A stretch of 64,000 nucleotides of DNA from Deltaproteobacteria bacterium (lineage in GTDB: Bacteria > Desulfobacterota > Syntrophorhabdia > Syntrophorhabdales > Syntrophorhabdaceae), in contig JAKPCK010000051.1 in assembly GCA_029553295.1 (NCBI GenBank), positions 4,738 to 68,737 on the forward strand. The letters are read 5' to 3'. The notes under the pieces were generated by a model. It did no database searches. It was not told where the DNA came from and saw nothing but the letters and a program-made list of their open reading frames with translations. The stretch's first letter is position 1, and every line of letters starts with the position of its first letter. Below are positions 45,897 to 55,093 of this stretch, piece after piece. Position numbers and translations under genes: made by a program.

Positions 45897-47036
45897 ATAC
45901 AAGAGCTTGGATATGGTGTTTTTCTGTATCTTGCTTGTCCCTTCGTATATAGAGGTTATCCTCACATCCCTTAATGCACCCTCAAGCCCCTGGTCACGCA
46001 TATACCCATAGCCACCGAACATATCAATGCACCTGTTGAGTATACTTATTGCTGTCTCTGGTATGGTGAGCTTTACAACAGAGGAGTATTTCTTTGATTC
46101 AGGGTCTTTTCTGTCATAGAGCCATGCTGCCCTGTATAGGATACCTCGACACTTCTCTATCTCCACATACATATCCACAAGGTCGTGTTCAATGGACTGG
46201 AACTTTATAATGGGTCTTCCGAATTGTTTTCTCTTTTTTGCATGATTTACTGCCTTTTCATACCCATATAACATGGCACCGAATGCCTGGGCTGCAATCA
46301 CTATCCTGCCCAGTTCAAACCCATCAAGGACAGTCCTCATACCCTTGCCCCTCTTCCCTAATATGTTCTCCTTTGGTATGACAAAGTCACTGAAGACAAG
46401 CTCCCCGGAGGTAGTGGTATTGATACCCATCTTCCTGCCCAAATCAGTTATCTCAAAGGCACCGGGCCTGTTTTTCTCCTTGAGTTCTGTATCTATAACC
46501 AAAGCAGTCAAGCCGTTGTCATCCCTTGCCAGGAGGGTATAGAAATCTGCATAGCCTGCATTTGTTGTAAAGAGTTTTGAGCCATTCAATACAAAATGGT
46601 CTCCTCTCTCCTCTATCCTGGTTTTCATGCTGCCTATGTCGCTGCCGCTGTCTGGCTCTGTCACGCTTATTGCAGAGACATATCTGCCCTCTATCATGGG
46701 TCTTATGTATTTTTCCCTCTGTCTCTCTGAACCGTATATATCTATGACAAAGGCAGGTATATAACCGAGGCTCAGTGCCATACCCATACCAGGCAGGCTC
46801 CTGCACATCTCTTTTACTGCAATTACATGGCCCATGGCGCCATACCCTGAACCCCCTATGTCCTCACTGAATCCAACGCCTATAAAACCCAGCTCCCCTA
46901 TCTTCTCATAGACCTCCTTTGGAAATCTATGCTCGTCCTCAAGCCTCTGTAGATACTCAAGATCAAACTCTTTCTCACAGAATTCACGGACAGCCTTTTC
47001 TATATCCCTCAGGTCATTATCAATATCAAAAAACAT
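45894..47036 (-). CDS. Acyl-CoA dehydrogenase
   Basis: VTEPDSGSD, and C-terminal RDVRITSIYEGTSKIQ motif. 380 aa. Confidence 0.9.
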   Translation of the reverse strand: MFFDIDNDLRDIEKAVREFCEKEFDLEYLQRLEDEHRFPKEVYEKIGELGFIGVGFSEDIGGSGYGAMGHVIAVKEMCRSLPGMGMALSLGYIPAFVIDIYGSERQREKYIRPMIEGRYVSAISVTEPDSGSDIGSMKTRIEERGDHFVLNGSKLFTTNAGYADFYTLLARDDNGLTALVIDTELKEKNRPGAFEITDLGRKMGINTTTSGELVFSDFVIPKENILGKRGKGMRTVLDGFELGRIVIAAQAFGAMLYGYEKAVNHAKKRKQFGRPIIKFQSIEHDLVDMYVEIEKCRGILYRAAWLYDRKDPESKKYSSVVKLTIPETAISILNRCIDMFGGYGYMRDQGLEGALRDVRITSIYEGTSKIQKNTISKLLY

Positions 47037-47135
47037 AATTAAATCACCTCTTAAAGGAGATTAGAACCATCTTAAAGGTCTCAATAAAGGTAATTATCCC
47101 ATCATATCTCCAAAAAAACAAGCAGTCTCTTTACC

Positions 47136-47164
47136 TTGACAAAGCACAAAAAGGTGTATATTTT
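47136..47164 (+). promoter_or_regulatory. Candidate sigma-70 promoter for htpX (TTGACA then TATATT/TATTTT)
   Basis: Consensus TTGACA at 47136-47141. -10 candidates are TATATT (15-nt spacer) or TATTTT (17-nt spacer). Confidence 0.35.
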
Positions 47165-47194
47165 TAAATACAAAGAAAGAAATTGGGGGTTTCA

Positions 47195-48049
47195 ATGAAT
47201 CAATTCAAGACATTTTTCCTAATGGTAATCCTTACCATAATATTCGTTGCCGTAGGAGGCATGATTGGTGGAAAAACAGGGGCCTATATTGCCTTTTTTA
47301 TAGCCTTTCTTATGAACTTCATAAGCTACTGGTTCTGTGACAAGATAGTCCTGAAGATGTACGGGGCACAACCTGTAACCCAGCAGGAGGCACCAGAGCT
47401 ATACAGGATTGTCTATAACTTAAGCCAAAAGGCATCTATCCCCATGCCGAGGCTATATATCATCGAGAATGACAGCCCCAATGCCTTTGCCACAGGGAGA
47501 AACCCTGAAAATGGAGTGGTTGCAGTAACTACAGGTATTTTAAGGATATTAAGCCTCGAGGAACTGGAGGGGGTCATTGCCCACGAGATATCCCATATAA
47601 AACACAGGGATATTCTAATCCAGACAGTGGCTGCTACCCTTGCCGGTGCCATCACTATGCTCGCAGACTGGGCAAGGTTTGCTGCCATCTTCGGGGGAGC
47701 CAGAGGTGATGATGACGAAGGCGGGGGCAATATATTTACCGTTATTATATTCTCTGTCCTTGCAGCCTTTGCAGCCATGCTCATCCAGCTTGCCATATCC
47801 AGATCAAGGGAATACCTTGCCGACGAAGGTGGGGCAAGGCTTTCAGGCAACCCCTTATATCTATCCAATGCCCTTAAGAAACTCCATATGGGCATTGCAA
47901 AAAGGCCCATGGAGGATGCCAACCCATCTACAGCACCCATGTTTATAATGAACCCCTTTAGCGGTAAGGGTGTCCTTGCCCTGTTCAGCACCCATCCCCC
48001 CATAGAAGAAAGGATTAAAAGACTGGAGGATATGGCATATAGAAGATAA
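47195..48049 (+). CDS. htpX: Membrane zinc protease HtpX
   Basis: [10 protein letters not shown] (HExxH) and four TM segments. Start set at the ATG (MNQFKTF). The ORF track begins at a TTG at 47183. Confidence 0.9.
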   Translation: MNQFKTFFLMVILTIIFVAVGGMIGGKTGAYIAFFIAFLMNFISYWFCDKIVLKMYGAQPVTQQEAPELYRIVYNLSQKASIPMPRLYIIENDSPNAFATGRNPENGVVAVTTGILRILSLEELEGVIAHEISHIKHRDILIQTVAATLAGAITMLADWARFAAIFGGARGDDDEGGGNIFTVIIFSVLAAFAAMLIQLAISRSREYLADEGGARLSGNPLYLSNALKKLHMGIAKRPMEDANPSTAPMFIMNPFSGKGVLALFSTHPPIEERIKRLEDMAYRR

Positions 48050-48056
48050 TTATGGC

Positions 48057-49361
48057 GATATTATCAGGGCCACCTCACTCAATATAATTGCTGAAGTAGA
48101 AAAGGGCGGTTATTTAGACCATGCTATCGATAGGTATTTCACAGATAGAAAGATACCCGACCATCTCCACGGCATTATCTATGAGATAGCCTCAGGCGTT
48201 ATAAGATGGAAGGGTTATCTCGACTGGATTGCCTCCCGTCTTGCAAAAAAAAGCATAAAAAGGCATATCCGTTATCTATTGTGGATTACCCTCTATCAGA
48301 TAACCTTCATGAAAAAGGCATCTTACCATGTTGTCAACGAGGCAGTGGAATATGCCAAGAAGATGGAGGGAAGATATGTGGCAGGGTTTGTAAATGCCAT
48401 ACTGAGGAGGTATATAAGGGAATATATAGAAGACACAAGGGATAAAACCCGGGACTCGGTTAATGTCTGCATCCCCCAAAAACAAAAATCAGAGATAAAG
48501 AGGCTTTCCATTATACATTCCTTCCCTGAATGGCTCATCAGAAGATGGCATGAGAGGTTCGGACAGGATGACACAGAAAAGCTATGCGCTGCATTGAATA
48601 AAGTGCCAAGATTTGCCATAAGGATAGATACGAAAAGAATGGATATGGACCATGTAATGGATTATCTTGAAAAAAAAGGGATAAAGACAGAAAAGGGCAG
48701 GTATGTAGAGTCTTCCCTCTATGTAGACAGGCTTACACCTGTAATAAAAGATAGTCTATTTAAACAGGGCATAATACATATCCAGGATGAGGCATCACAG
48801 CTTGCAGGCGTGGCACTTGACCCGAGACAGGGTGATATTATACTCGATGCCTGCTGCGGTTTAGGTACAAAGACAGAACAGATTAAAGGGCTTGAGGGTC
48901 ATATCAGGCTCTATTCTATGGATATAGATATGAACAAGCTCATTTCAATGGATAAAGAAGGGAAATACATAATATGCGGGGATGTCCTGCTAAGACCCTT
49001 CAGAGAAAAGTTATTCGACAAGATACTCCTTGATGCACCGTGCTCTTCTACAGGCATTATAAGAAAACACCCTGAGATAAAATGGAGATTGAGGGAAAAG
49101 GATATTAAAAGGCATGGGAGGAACCAGGTTGCCATGCTCAAAGCCCTGTGGGGGTGTCTCAAAGATAAGGGCTATCTCATATACAGTGTCTGCTCCTTTG
49201 AACCGGAAGAGACATGGGGTGTTTTAGATGAATTCAGCAGGGAAAATGAGTTTATAGTTGAAAATCCCCTCCCTCTTTTGTTTAATAAAGAATATTTTAT
49301 GTCCCTTCCCCATGAAACAGATTTGGATGGCTTTTTTATAGTAAGGCTAAGAAAACCATGA
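48057..49361 (+). CDS. rsmB: 16S rRNA (cytosine-C5)-methyltransferase RsmB/Sun; 5' end unresolved (no canonical start codon for the NusB-like N-terminal domain)
   Basis: The frame is open from 48006. It encodes a NusB-like region DIIRATSLNIIAEVEKGGYLDHAID upstream of the ORF-track start (TTG at 48279). Methyltransferase motifs ILDACCGLGTKT, LLDAPCSSTG and YSVCSF. Confidence 0.8.
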   Translation, partial: DIIRATSLNIIAEVEKGGYLDHAIDRYFTDRKIPDHLHGIIYEIASGVIRWKGYLDWIASRLAKKSIKRHIRYLLWITLYQITFMKKASYHVVNEAVEYAKKMEGRYVAGFVNAILRRYIREYIEDTRDKTRDSVNVCIPQKQKSEIKRLSIIHSFPEWLIRRWHERFGQDDTEKLCAALNKVPRFAIRIDTKRMDMDHVMDYLEKKGIKTEKGRYVESSLYVDRLTPVIKDSLFKQGIIHIQDEASQLAGVALDPRQGDIILDACCGLGTKTEQIKGLEGHIRLYSMDIDMNKLISMDKEGKYIICGDVLLRPFREKLFDKILLDAPCSSTGIIRKHPEIKWRLREKDIKRHGRNQVAMLKALWGCLKDKGYLIYSVCSFEPEETWGVLDEFSRENEFIVENPLPLLFNKEYFMSLPHETDLDGFFIVRLRKP

Positions 49362-50074
49362 GATTGATTAAGGTTGCATTCTATATTTTCATAGCAATAC
49401 TCGTATTTATCTTTTCTTCATACGTAACCATGAAGATCATATTGAAGGCCCAGAGGACAGTAATATGCCCTGATATAATTGGTAAAAATGTGGAGGAGGC
49501 AAAAAGGCTTGTGGAATCAAGTGGGCTTTATTTCCATATAGTGAGATATGAAAAGAGAAACGACATCCCATATAACCACATTACTGTCCAGAAGCCAGGG
49601 GCAAATATATTAACCAAGAAGGGTAGGACAGTAATGGTCATAGTATCTGATGGCCCAGAGCTTTTGATTGTCCCTAACATTGAAGGTCAGCCCGTTAATG
49701 ATGCCTATGGTGCCTTAAAGGAGAAAAATATCAATGTGGAGAAGATAATCTATGTACCCAACGAAAATGAAGGAAAGGTGATTGCCCAGATACCCAGAGC
49801 TGGCGAGGGCCTCCTTGAGGGTAAAGGGATTGTTATTTTTGCCGGTTCAAAACCCAAGAGGTATATACTTATGCCTGATATAGGTAACATTGACCTTACA
49901 GAGATAAAAGAGGAGCTGACAAAAAAAAATATAGGATATAAGATCATACAAAGAGGGGATTACAGCATGCCACGGAGACAGAGGATAATCCCATCCATTG
50001 CCCCAGGTCAGGTATTCGATGCCGATGAAGGCCTGGAGATAAAAATAAATTTAGGGGAGGAAGAGGATGAATAG
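49358..50074 (+). CDS. Membrane-anchored protein with three PASTA domains and no kinase or PBP domain
   Basis: N-terminal TM (VAFYIFIAILVFIFSSYV). Three ~65-aa repeats begin CPDIIGKNVEEA, VPNIEGQPVNDA and MPDIGNIDLTEI. Confidence 0.8.
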   Translation: MRLIKVAFYIFIAILVFIFSSYVTMKIILKAQRTVICPDIIGKNVEEAKRLVESSGLYFHIVRYEKRNDIPYNHITVQKPGANILTKKGRTVMVIVSDGPELLIVPNIEGQPVNDAYGALKEKNINVEKIIYVPNENEGKVIAQIPRAGEGLLEGKGIVIFAGSKPKRYILMPDIGNIDLTEIKEELTKKNIGYKIIQRGDYSMPRRQRIIPSIAPGQVFDADEGLEIKINLGEEEDE

Positions 50075-50726
50075 AATAATGATAGCCCCATCTATACTTT
50101 CCTGCAATTTTCTTATACTGGAAAAAGAGATAAGGGATGCAGAAGAGGCAGGTGCTGACCTGTTTCACATAGATGTTATGGACGGACACTTTGTCCCCAA
50201 TATAACCATAGGCCCCATGTTCGTTGAGGCAATAAGGAAGATTACATCAAAGCCCCTGGACTGTCACCTCATGATAAGCAATCCCTCAGACTTTGTTAAG
50301 GATTTTATCAATGCCGGTGCAGACATAATAACCATTCACATAGAGGCAGATACCCATATATTCAGGAGTGTGGATGTTATTAAGGCTGCAGGGATAAAGG
50401 CAGGGGTAACCCTCAATCCATCAACACCGCTATGTTCCCTGGAAAATATCATTGAAACCATAGACCTCCTATTAATCATGACAGTAAACCCCGGGTTCGG
50501 TGGTCAGTCGTATATAACCTCCATGGACAAGAAGATAAGGGATGCCCGGCAGATGATAGACTCAACAGGCAGGCACATAGACCTGGAGGTAGACGGGGGC
50601 ATAAAGGCATCCAATGTAAAAAGGGTGGCAGATGCCGGGGCAGACATAGTGGTTATGGGGACAGAGTTCTTCCACAGCGGGGATTACAGAAAAAAGGTGG
50701 CAGAGATAATGGATATATTGAAATAG
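50067..50726 (+). CDS. rpe: Ribulose-phosphate 3-epimerase
   Basis: IAPSILSCNF, HIDVMDGHFVPN, MTVNPGFGGQ and VDGGI motifs. Confidence 0.95.
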   Translation: MNRIMIAPSILSCNFLILEKEIRDAEEAGADLFHIDVMDGHFVPNITIGPMFVEAIRKITSKPLDCHLMISNPSDFVKDFINAGADIITIHIEADTHIFRSVDVIKAAGIKAGVTLNPSTPLCSLENIIETIDLLLIMTVNPGFGGQSYITSMDKKIRDARQMIDSTGRHIDLEVDGGIKASNVKRVADAGADIVVMGTEFFHSGDYRKKVAEIMDILK

Positions 50727-50766
50727 ATGTCACTGCCCTGGGGCAAAACATCCATGCACTTTGAGT

Positions 50767-50802
50767 TATTCGGTTTATTGGTTTTATAGGTTCTATTGGG
50801 TT
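50767..50802. repeat. Four tandem 9-mers (TATTCGGTT TATTGGTTT TATAGGTTC TATTGGGTT) downstream of rpe
   Basis: Read directly from the sequence. Confidence 0.7.
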
Positions 50803-50951
50803 ATAATAATTATCTCTTTGGTGACATATAAGGATACCCAGGATTATGTAACTCCATTTAGAAACAAAAGTGATATTGTTATACCTTAATACCCTGCTGG
50901 GGGACATCTCCAGCCAATTTAGGATGGATTTTCAGGGAGGTTTAAAATACC

Positions 50952-51602
50952 ATGGAACTGAGAAAACAAAAGGTCTATAAACAGGTATATGAGGATGCCT
51001 GTAAGGTGCTTCTCAATGCAAATCAAGAGGAGAGGCTTATGAATGCCGGGCTCCGTTATAGTAAAACAGCTAAGGGTATTACAGCAGAGATACCTTTTTT
51101 TAATGAATTGATAACAATGACCATCCCTGATTTCTCGTTTAAAAATTCAAAGGGTTCCAATGTTACCTTAGTTTCAAAGATTATCATGCTCCACTATATA
51201 AACTTGGCCTCTGGCAGGCCATTGAGCAATGAACTTATACCTTATGAGGACATACCTGGCTGCCGACACTATAAGCCTGTATTCGAAAAAAGGGTTATAA
51301 AACCTTTGATGACTGCCTTTGGGACAAACAGGGATGCCTTTAGAGAGGCAGGAGAGGTGCTTATGGGTATAAAACAGGACTTCGGGGATGCATCCTTTAC
51401 CATAAATCCTCTGCCCATGGTCCCCATGACCTTTATACTATGGGAGGCAGACGAGGAGTTTCCACCATCTGTAAGGATACTCTTTGACACATCCATAACC
51501 TCATACCTACCCCTGGAGGATATAACTGTTGTCTCCAAGCTCGCATCATCAAGGATTATAAAGGCTGCAAGACTAAGATATGCAGAAGAAGACATCTTTT
51601 GA
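50952..51602 (+). CDS. Hypothetical protein, possibly DUF3786-like
   Basis: 216-aa ORF with ordinary composition. Family resemblance is recalled from memory only (YEDIPGCRHYKPVFEKRVIKPL region). Confidence 0.45.
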   Translation: MELRKQKVYKQVYEDACKVLLNANQEERLMNAGLRYSKTAKGITAEIPFFNELITMTIPDFSFKNSKGSNVTLVSKIIMLHYINLASGRPLSNELIPYEDIPGCRHYKPVFEKRVIKPLMTAFGTNRDAFREAGEVLMGIKQDFGDASFTINPLPMVPMTFILWEADEEFPPSVRILFDTSITSYLPLEDITVVSKLASSRIIKAARLRYAEEDIF

Positions 51603-51607
51603 TGGGT

Positions 51608-52285
51608 TTAATTTGGTGTCTCCACTATCTCCTTACCTTTTTCGTGTCTGTATGTAAATCTTGAATCCCCTATCGGTTCATTTATCTTGGCGTATGTAAA
51701 GCTTATGGTATTTATGTTTCCTGTAAATTCCTCTATCTCTATCCTCTTTACCATATTCTGCCTGTCTACCCAGACCTTTGCTGATATTACCTGACCCTCT
51801 TTCTTAGGGACAAGCTCCATGACATCCATGTCACCTACCCTCTTTTTCTCCTTTAGCCTGAATATCTCATCCATCTTTGATATGTCATCTATAAGGTCAA
51901 GGAATGTCCCCCCTGTCTTCTCCCTGTTTACCCTCCTCTTGTAGACCACAGGTTTGTCCTCCTCGCCCTGCCATATAAACCTGCTGTCATAGAGAAAGTA
52001 TCTTGTCTTTGGCTTGTTGTATCGCCAGAGAAACCCTTTATTCCTCTTATAGAAGAAATCACCCTCAAACTCCCTCTCTTTTTTCAGGCTGGATATAAAG
52101 ACCTTCTGGCTAAAGCCTGCCTCAAGGGTCATAATGTTAGAGTATGTCTTTTTTATGCTATCAAAGGGTGATGGCTCTGTGCAAAAGACAAAACCGTAAA
52201 AACCAAAAAACAGTACCACTATCCACAAGCCTATCCTTATAAATCTTGTTAATCTTGAACTTAACTTTGTGCGTCTATTCCCCAT
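51608..52285 (-). CDS. lolA: LolA-like outer-membrane lipoprotein carrier protein
   Basis: Signal/TM N-terminus, FSQKV...EGDFFYKRNKGFLWRY pattern. Conserved position immediately downstream of ftsK. Confidence 0.7.
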   Translation of the reverse strand: MGNRRTKLSSRLTRFIRIGLWIVVLFFGFYGFVFCTEPSPFDSIKKTYSNIMTLEAGFSQKVFISSLKKEREFEGDFFYKRNKGFLWRYNKPKTRYFLYDSRFIWQGEEDKPVVYKRRVNREKTGGTFLDLIDDISKMDEIFRLKEKKRVGDMDVMELVPKKEGQVISAKVWVDRQNMVKRIEIEEFTGNINTISFTYAKINEPIGDSRFTYRHEKGKEIVETPN

Positions 52286-52348
52286 CTTTTAAATCCCTCT
52301 TTATATTCTGTATCTATTTCGATAAAATAGGCCCTGAAAAAAGGCCTT

Positions 52349-54373
52349 TTACTGTCTTCTTAAGACCTCCCTGGGTTTGACACCATCTGAAGGTCCGACA
52401 ATACCTTCACTCTCCATCTTTTCTATAATACGGGCTGCCCTGTTATATCCTATTCTGAACCTCCTCTGTATCATGCTTATGGACGCCTCACCCTTCTCCA
52501 TAACAAACTCTACTGCCTCTCTATATTTTTCATCGTCTATAGCATCCTCACTGTCCTGCTCTTCCCTCTCCTCGAGTATCTCATTCTGATATACAGGGCT
52601 TGCCTGGCCCTTGAGAAACTCTACAATCCTCTTTATCTCCCCTTCTGATACAAAGGGGCCATGCAGTCTCTGGATCCTCCCCAGTCCTGGGCTCATAAAG
52701 AGCATATCGCCATACCCAAGGAGGCTTTCTGCACCGTTTGTGTCAAGGATAGTCCGTGAATCAACCTTTGTTGTCACCTTGCATGATATACGGGCAGGGA
52801 AATTAGCCTTTATTATGCCTGTCAAGACATCAACAGAGGGTCTCTGCGTAGCCAGGATCAGGTGTATACCCGATGCCCTTGCCATCTGCGCAAGCCTTGC
52901 AATATACTCCTCTACCTCCTTGGCCGATACCATAAACAGGTCTGCCAGCTCATCTATAACAACAACAATATATGGAAGGGTGGCCTCCTTCTGCTTTGCC
53001 ATCTTGCTGTTATATCTGTCTATACTCCTTACGCCTATCTCTGCCATCATAGTATATCGCCTCTCCATCTCATCTATAAGCCAGCGGAGGGATGTCTTGG
53101 CGTTCTTGGGATTGGTAACAACAGGAAGGAGCAGATGGGGTATACCGTCATAGAATGAAAGCTCGAGCATCTTAAGGTCTATCATCAAAAACCTGACATT
53201 GACAGGGGTTGCCTTAAAGAGCATACTACATATCATGCTGTTCAGAGAGACACTCTTGCCTGACCCGGTGGAACCGGCTACGAGGAGGTGGGGCATCTTT
53301 GTCAAATCAGCTACAAAGGGCTCTCCTGCTATGGTTTTACCTATAGCCATAGTGAGGTATGACTGGGATGATCTAAATGCCTCTGACTCTATAATCTCCC
53401 TGAGATAAACAGTCTGTCTCACCTTATTGGGGACCTCTATGCCTACCACAGACTTCCCCGGGATAGGGGCAATAATCCTTATTGATATGGCGCTCAGTGC
53501 CATGGCAAGGTCATCAGCAAGGTTTGATATCCTGCTCACCTTTATCCCCGGGGCAGGTTCAAATTCATACATGGTTATGACAGGCCCTGGTTTTACCTCT
53601 GAGACCCTGCCCTCTATCCCGTAATCCTTGAGTTTCTTCTCCAGGATAGATGCATTTGCCTGTATACTCTCCTTGTCTATCTTTATCTCTGTTTTTTCCA
53701 CCTCATCGAGGAGAGATACAGATGGAAGCCTGTAAGGCCCTGTCTCATAATAAAAATCAAAGGCCTCCTGGACAGGCTCTTTTTCTTTTTTTGGCTCTTC
53801 TTTTTTCTCCTCCACCACCTTTATCTGTTTCCTCTTCTCAACAGAACGCCTCCTCTTGATGGAGTCCTCTATAATGGAGAGGATGGGCGCCTGTACAATA
53901 AGGAATACAGATATGAGGAATATGACAATAGAGATGAGATAGCTGCCAAAATATCCGAAAAGCCCTGTAAGGGTCTTCTCAAGCAAAACACCCAGAAAAC
54001 CTGAAAAAGGTAGGTCAACCCCCTTTATCCTTACCTTGCCCACCATGAGTTGAAAAAGGGTTAGGGCAGATACAAAAAAGAGAACAAGACCTGACGATAA
54101 AATGATGACATGGGGTGGATCCTTTTTTCTTATACAGAAAAAGGCAAATAAAAGTGTATATGCAGGCAAGAGATAGCTCACCATCCCGAAGACCTGGATA
54201 AGGGCATCTGTTATGTATGAGCCCACCTTTCCGCACAGATTCTTTACAGGTCCGGTAGAGAATGTGCTAAATGAAGGGTCAAGGGGGTGATATGATACGA
54301 GGCTCACAAGGAGGAAAAGAAATAGCCCTATAAGCCCTATGCCTATCATCTCTTTTTTAAGTTCATTAGACAT
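52349..54373 (-). CDS. ftsK: DNA translocase FtsK
   Basis: N-terminal TM helices, Walker A VAGSTGSGKSV, VVVIDELADL, and gamma-domain ISMIQRRFRIGYNRAARIIE. Confidence 0.95.
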   Translation of the reverse strand: MSNELKKEMIGIGLIGLFLFLLVSLVSYHPLDPSFSTFSTGPVKNLCGKVGSYITDALIQVFGMVSYLLPAYTLLFAFFCIRKKDPPHVIILSSGLVLFFVSALTLFQLMVGKVRIKGVDLPFSGFLGVLLEKTLTGLFGYFGSYLISIVIFLISVFLIVQAPILSIIEDSIKRRRSVEKRKQIKVVEEKKEEPKKEKEPVQEAFDFYYETGPYRLPSVSLLDEVEKTEIKIDKESIQANASILEKKLKDYGIEGRVSEVKPGPVITMYEFEPAPGIKVSRISNLADDLAMALSAISIRIIAPIPGKSVVGIEVPNKVRQTVYLREIIESEAFRSSQSYLTMAIGKTIAGEPFVADLTKMPHLLVAGSTGSGKSVSLNSMICSMLFKATPVNVRFLMIDLKMLELSFYDGIPHLLLPVVTNPKNAKTSLRWLIDEMERRYTMMAEIGVRSIDRYNSKMAKQKEATLPYIVVVIDELADLFMVSAKEVEEYIARLAQMARASGIHLILATQRPSVDVLTGIIKANFPARISCKVTTKVDSRTILDTNGAESLLGYGDMLFMSPGLGRIQRLHGPFVSEGEIKRIVEFLKGQASPVYQNEILEEREEQDSEDAIDDEKYREAVEFVMEKGEASISMIQRRFRIGYNRAARIIEKMESEGIVGPSDGVKPREVLRRQ

Positions 54374-54391
54374 CTGACCCTCTTTTTATAT

Positions 54392-55093
54392 TCAATGCCT
54401 TTTCATCAATGCCTCTATGGCTGACCTGACCTCAGCCATTACCCTGTTTTTCTCTGATGCCCTCTTCTCCAATATAAATACAGGTTTTCCTATGTTTACG
54501 TATATTACCCCTTTTTTCCGAGGAATTAAACTACCTTTTGGTTGTAATAAACATGAACCATATATACCCACAGGGACAACAGGGACACCTGCCTCAATGG
54601 CAAGGGAGAATACACCTTTTTTAAAGGGTAAAAGCACACCATCCATGCTTCTCGTCCCCTCTGGAAATATTATTATATTTGTCCCCTCTTTTATCTTACT
54701 GGCTGCCCTTTCTATGGCCTTTATTGCCTCTCTGGGGTTTTCCCTGTCAAGGCTTATATAACCTGCCTTTTTCATTGCCCATCCGAAAAGGGGTATATTA
54801 AAGAGCTGTCTTTTTGCAACCCAACGAAAGGATAAAGGAAGACATGCAAGGAGTGAGTATATATCCAGGGCGCTCTGATGATTGCACATAAATATACAGG
54901 GAGGTTCTGGGATATTATCCTGCCCATTTATGGATACATCTATACCGGATACAAAAAGATGGATCCTTGCCCAAAGCCTTGCTATCCTGTGAACCCTTTC
55001 ACCTTTTTTATCAAACAAAGATACCCCAAGGGCAAAGAGGGAGAGAGAAATAGTAGAGAAGATGAGGTTCAAAAAACACAGGGTCTTTCTCAT
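54392..55093 (-). CDS. plsC: 1-acyl-sn-glycerol-3-phosphate acyltransferase
   Basis: NHQSALD and FPEGTRS acyltransferase motifs. Confidence 0.85.
   Translation of the reverse strand: MRKTLCFLNLIFSTISLSLFALGVSLFDKKGERVHRIARLWARIHLFVSGIDVSINGQDNIPEPPCIFMCNHQSALDIYSLLACLPLSFRWVAKRQLFNIPLFGWAMKKAGYISLDRENPREAIKAIERAASKIKEGTNIIIFPEGTRSMDGVLLPFKKGVFSLAIEAGVPVVPVGIYGSCLLQPKGSLIPRKKGVIYVNIGKPVFILEKRASEKNRVMAEVRSAIEALMKRH

Noticed and set aside
47413-48003. 196-aa minus-strand ORF inside htpX
   Set aside because: It is antisense to htpX (HExxH motif and TM helices). Ala/Ser/Pro-rich composition is typical of a shadow frame.
48206-48445. 79-aa plus-strand ORF overlapping the rsmB 5' region
   Set aside because: It is in a different frame from the continuous NusB-like/RsmB reading frame. 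It is Cys/Lys-rich with no motif.
50653-50907. 84-aa minus-strand ORF after rpe
   Set aside because: It overlaps the rpe 3' end antisense and runs through the 9-mer repeat. It has no RBS or motif.
52611-53153. 180-aa plus-strand ORF inside ftsK
   Set aside because: It is antisense to the FtsK motor domain and has Ser/Ile/Leu-rich shadow composition.
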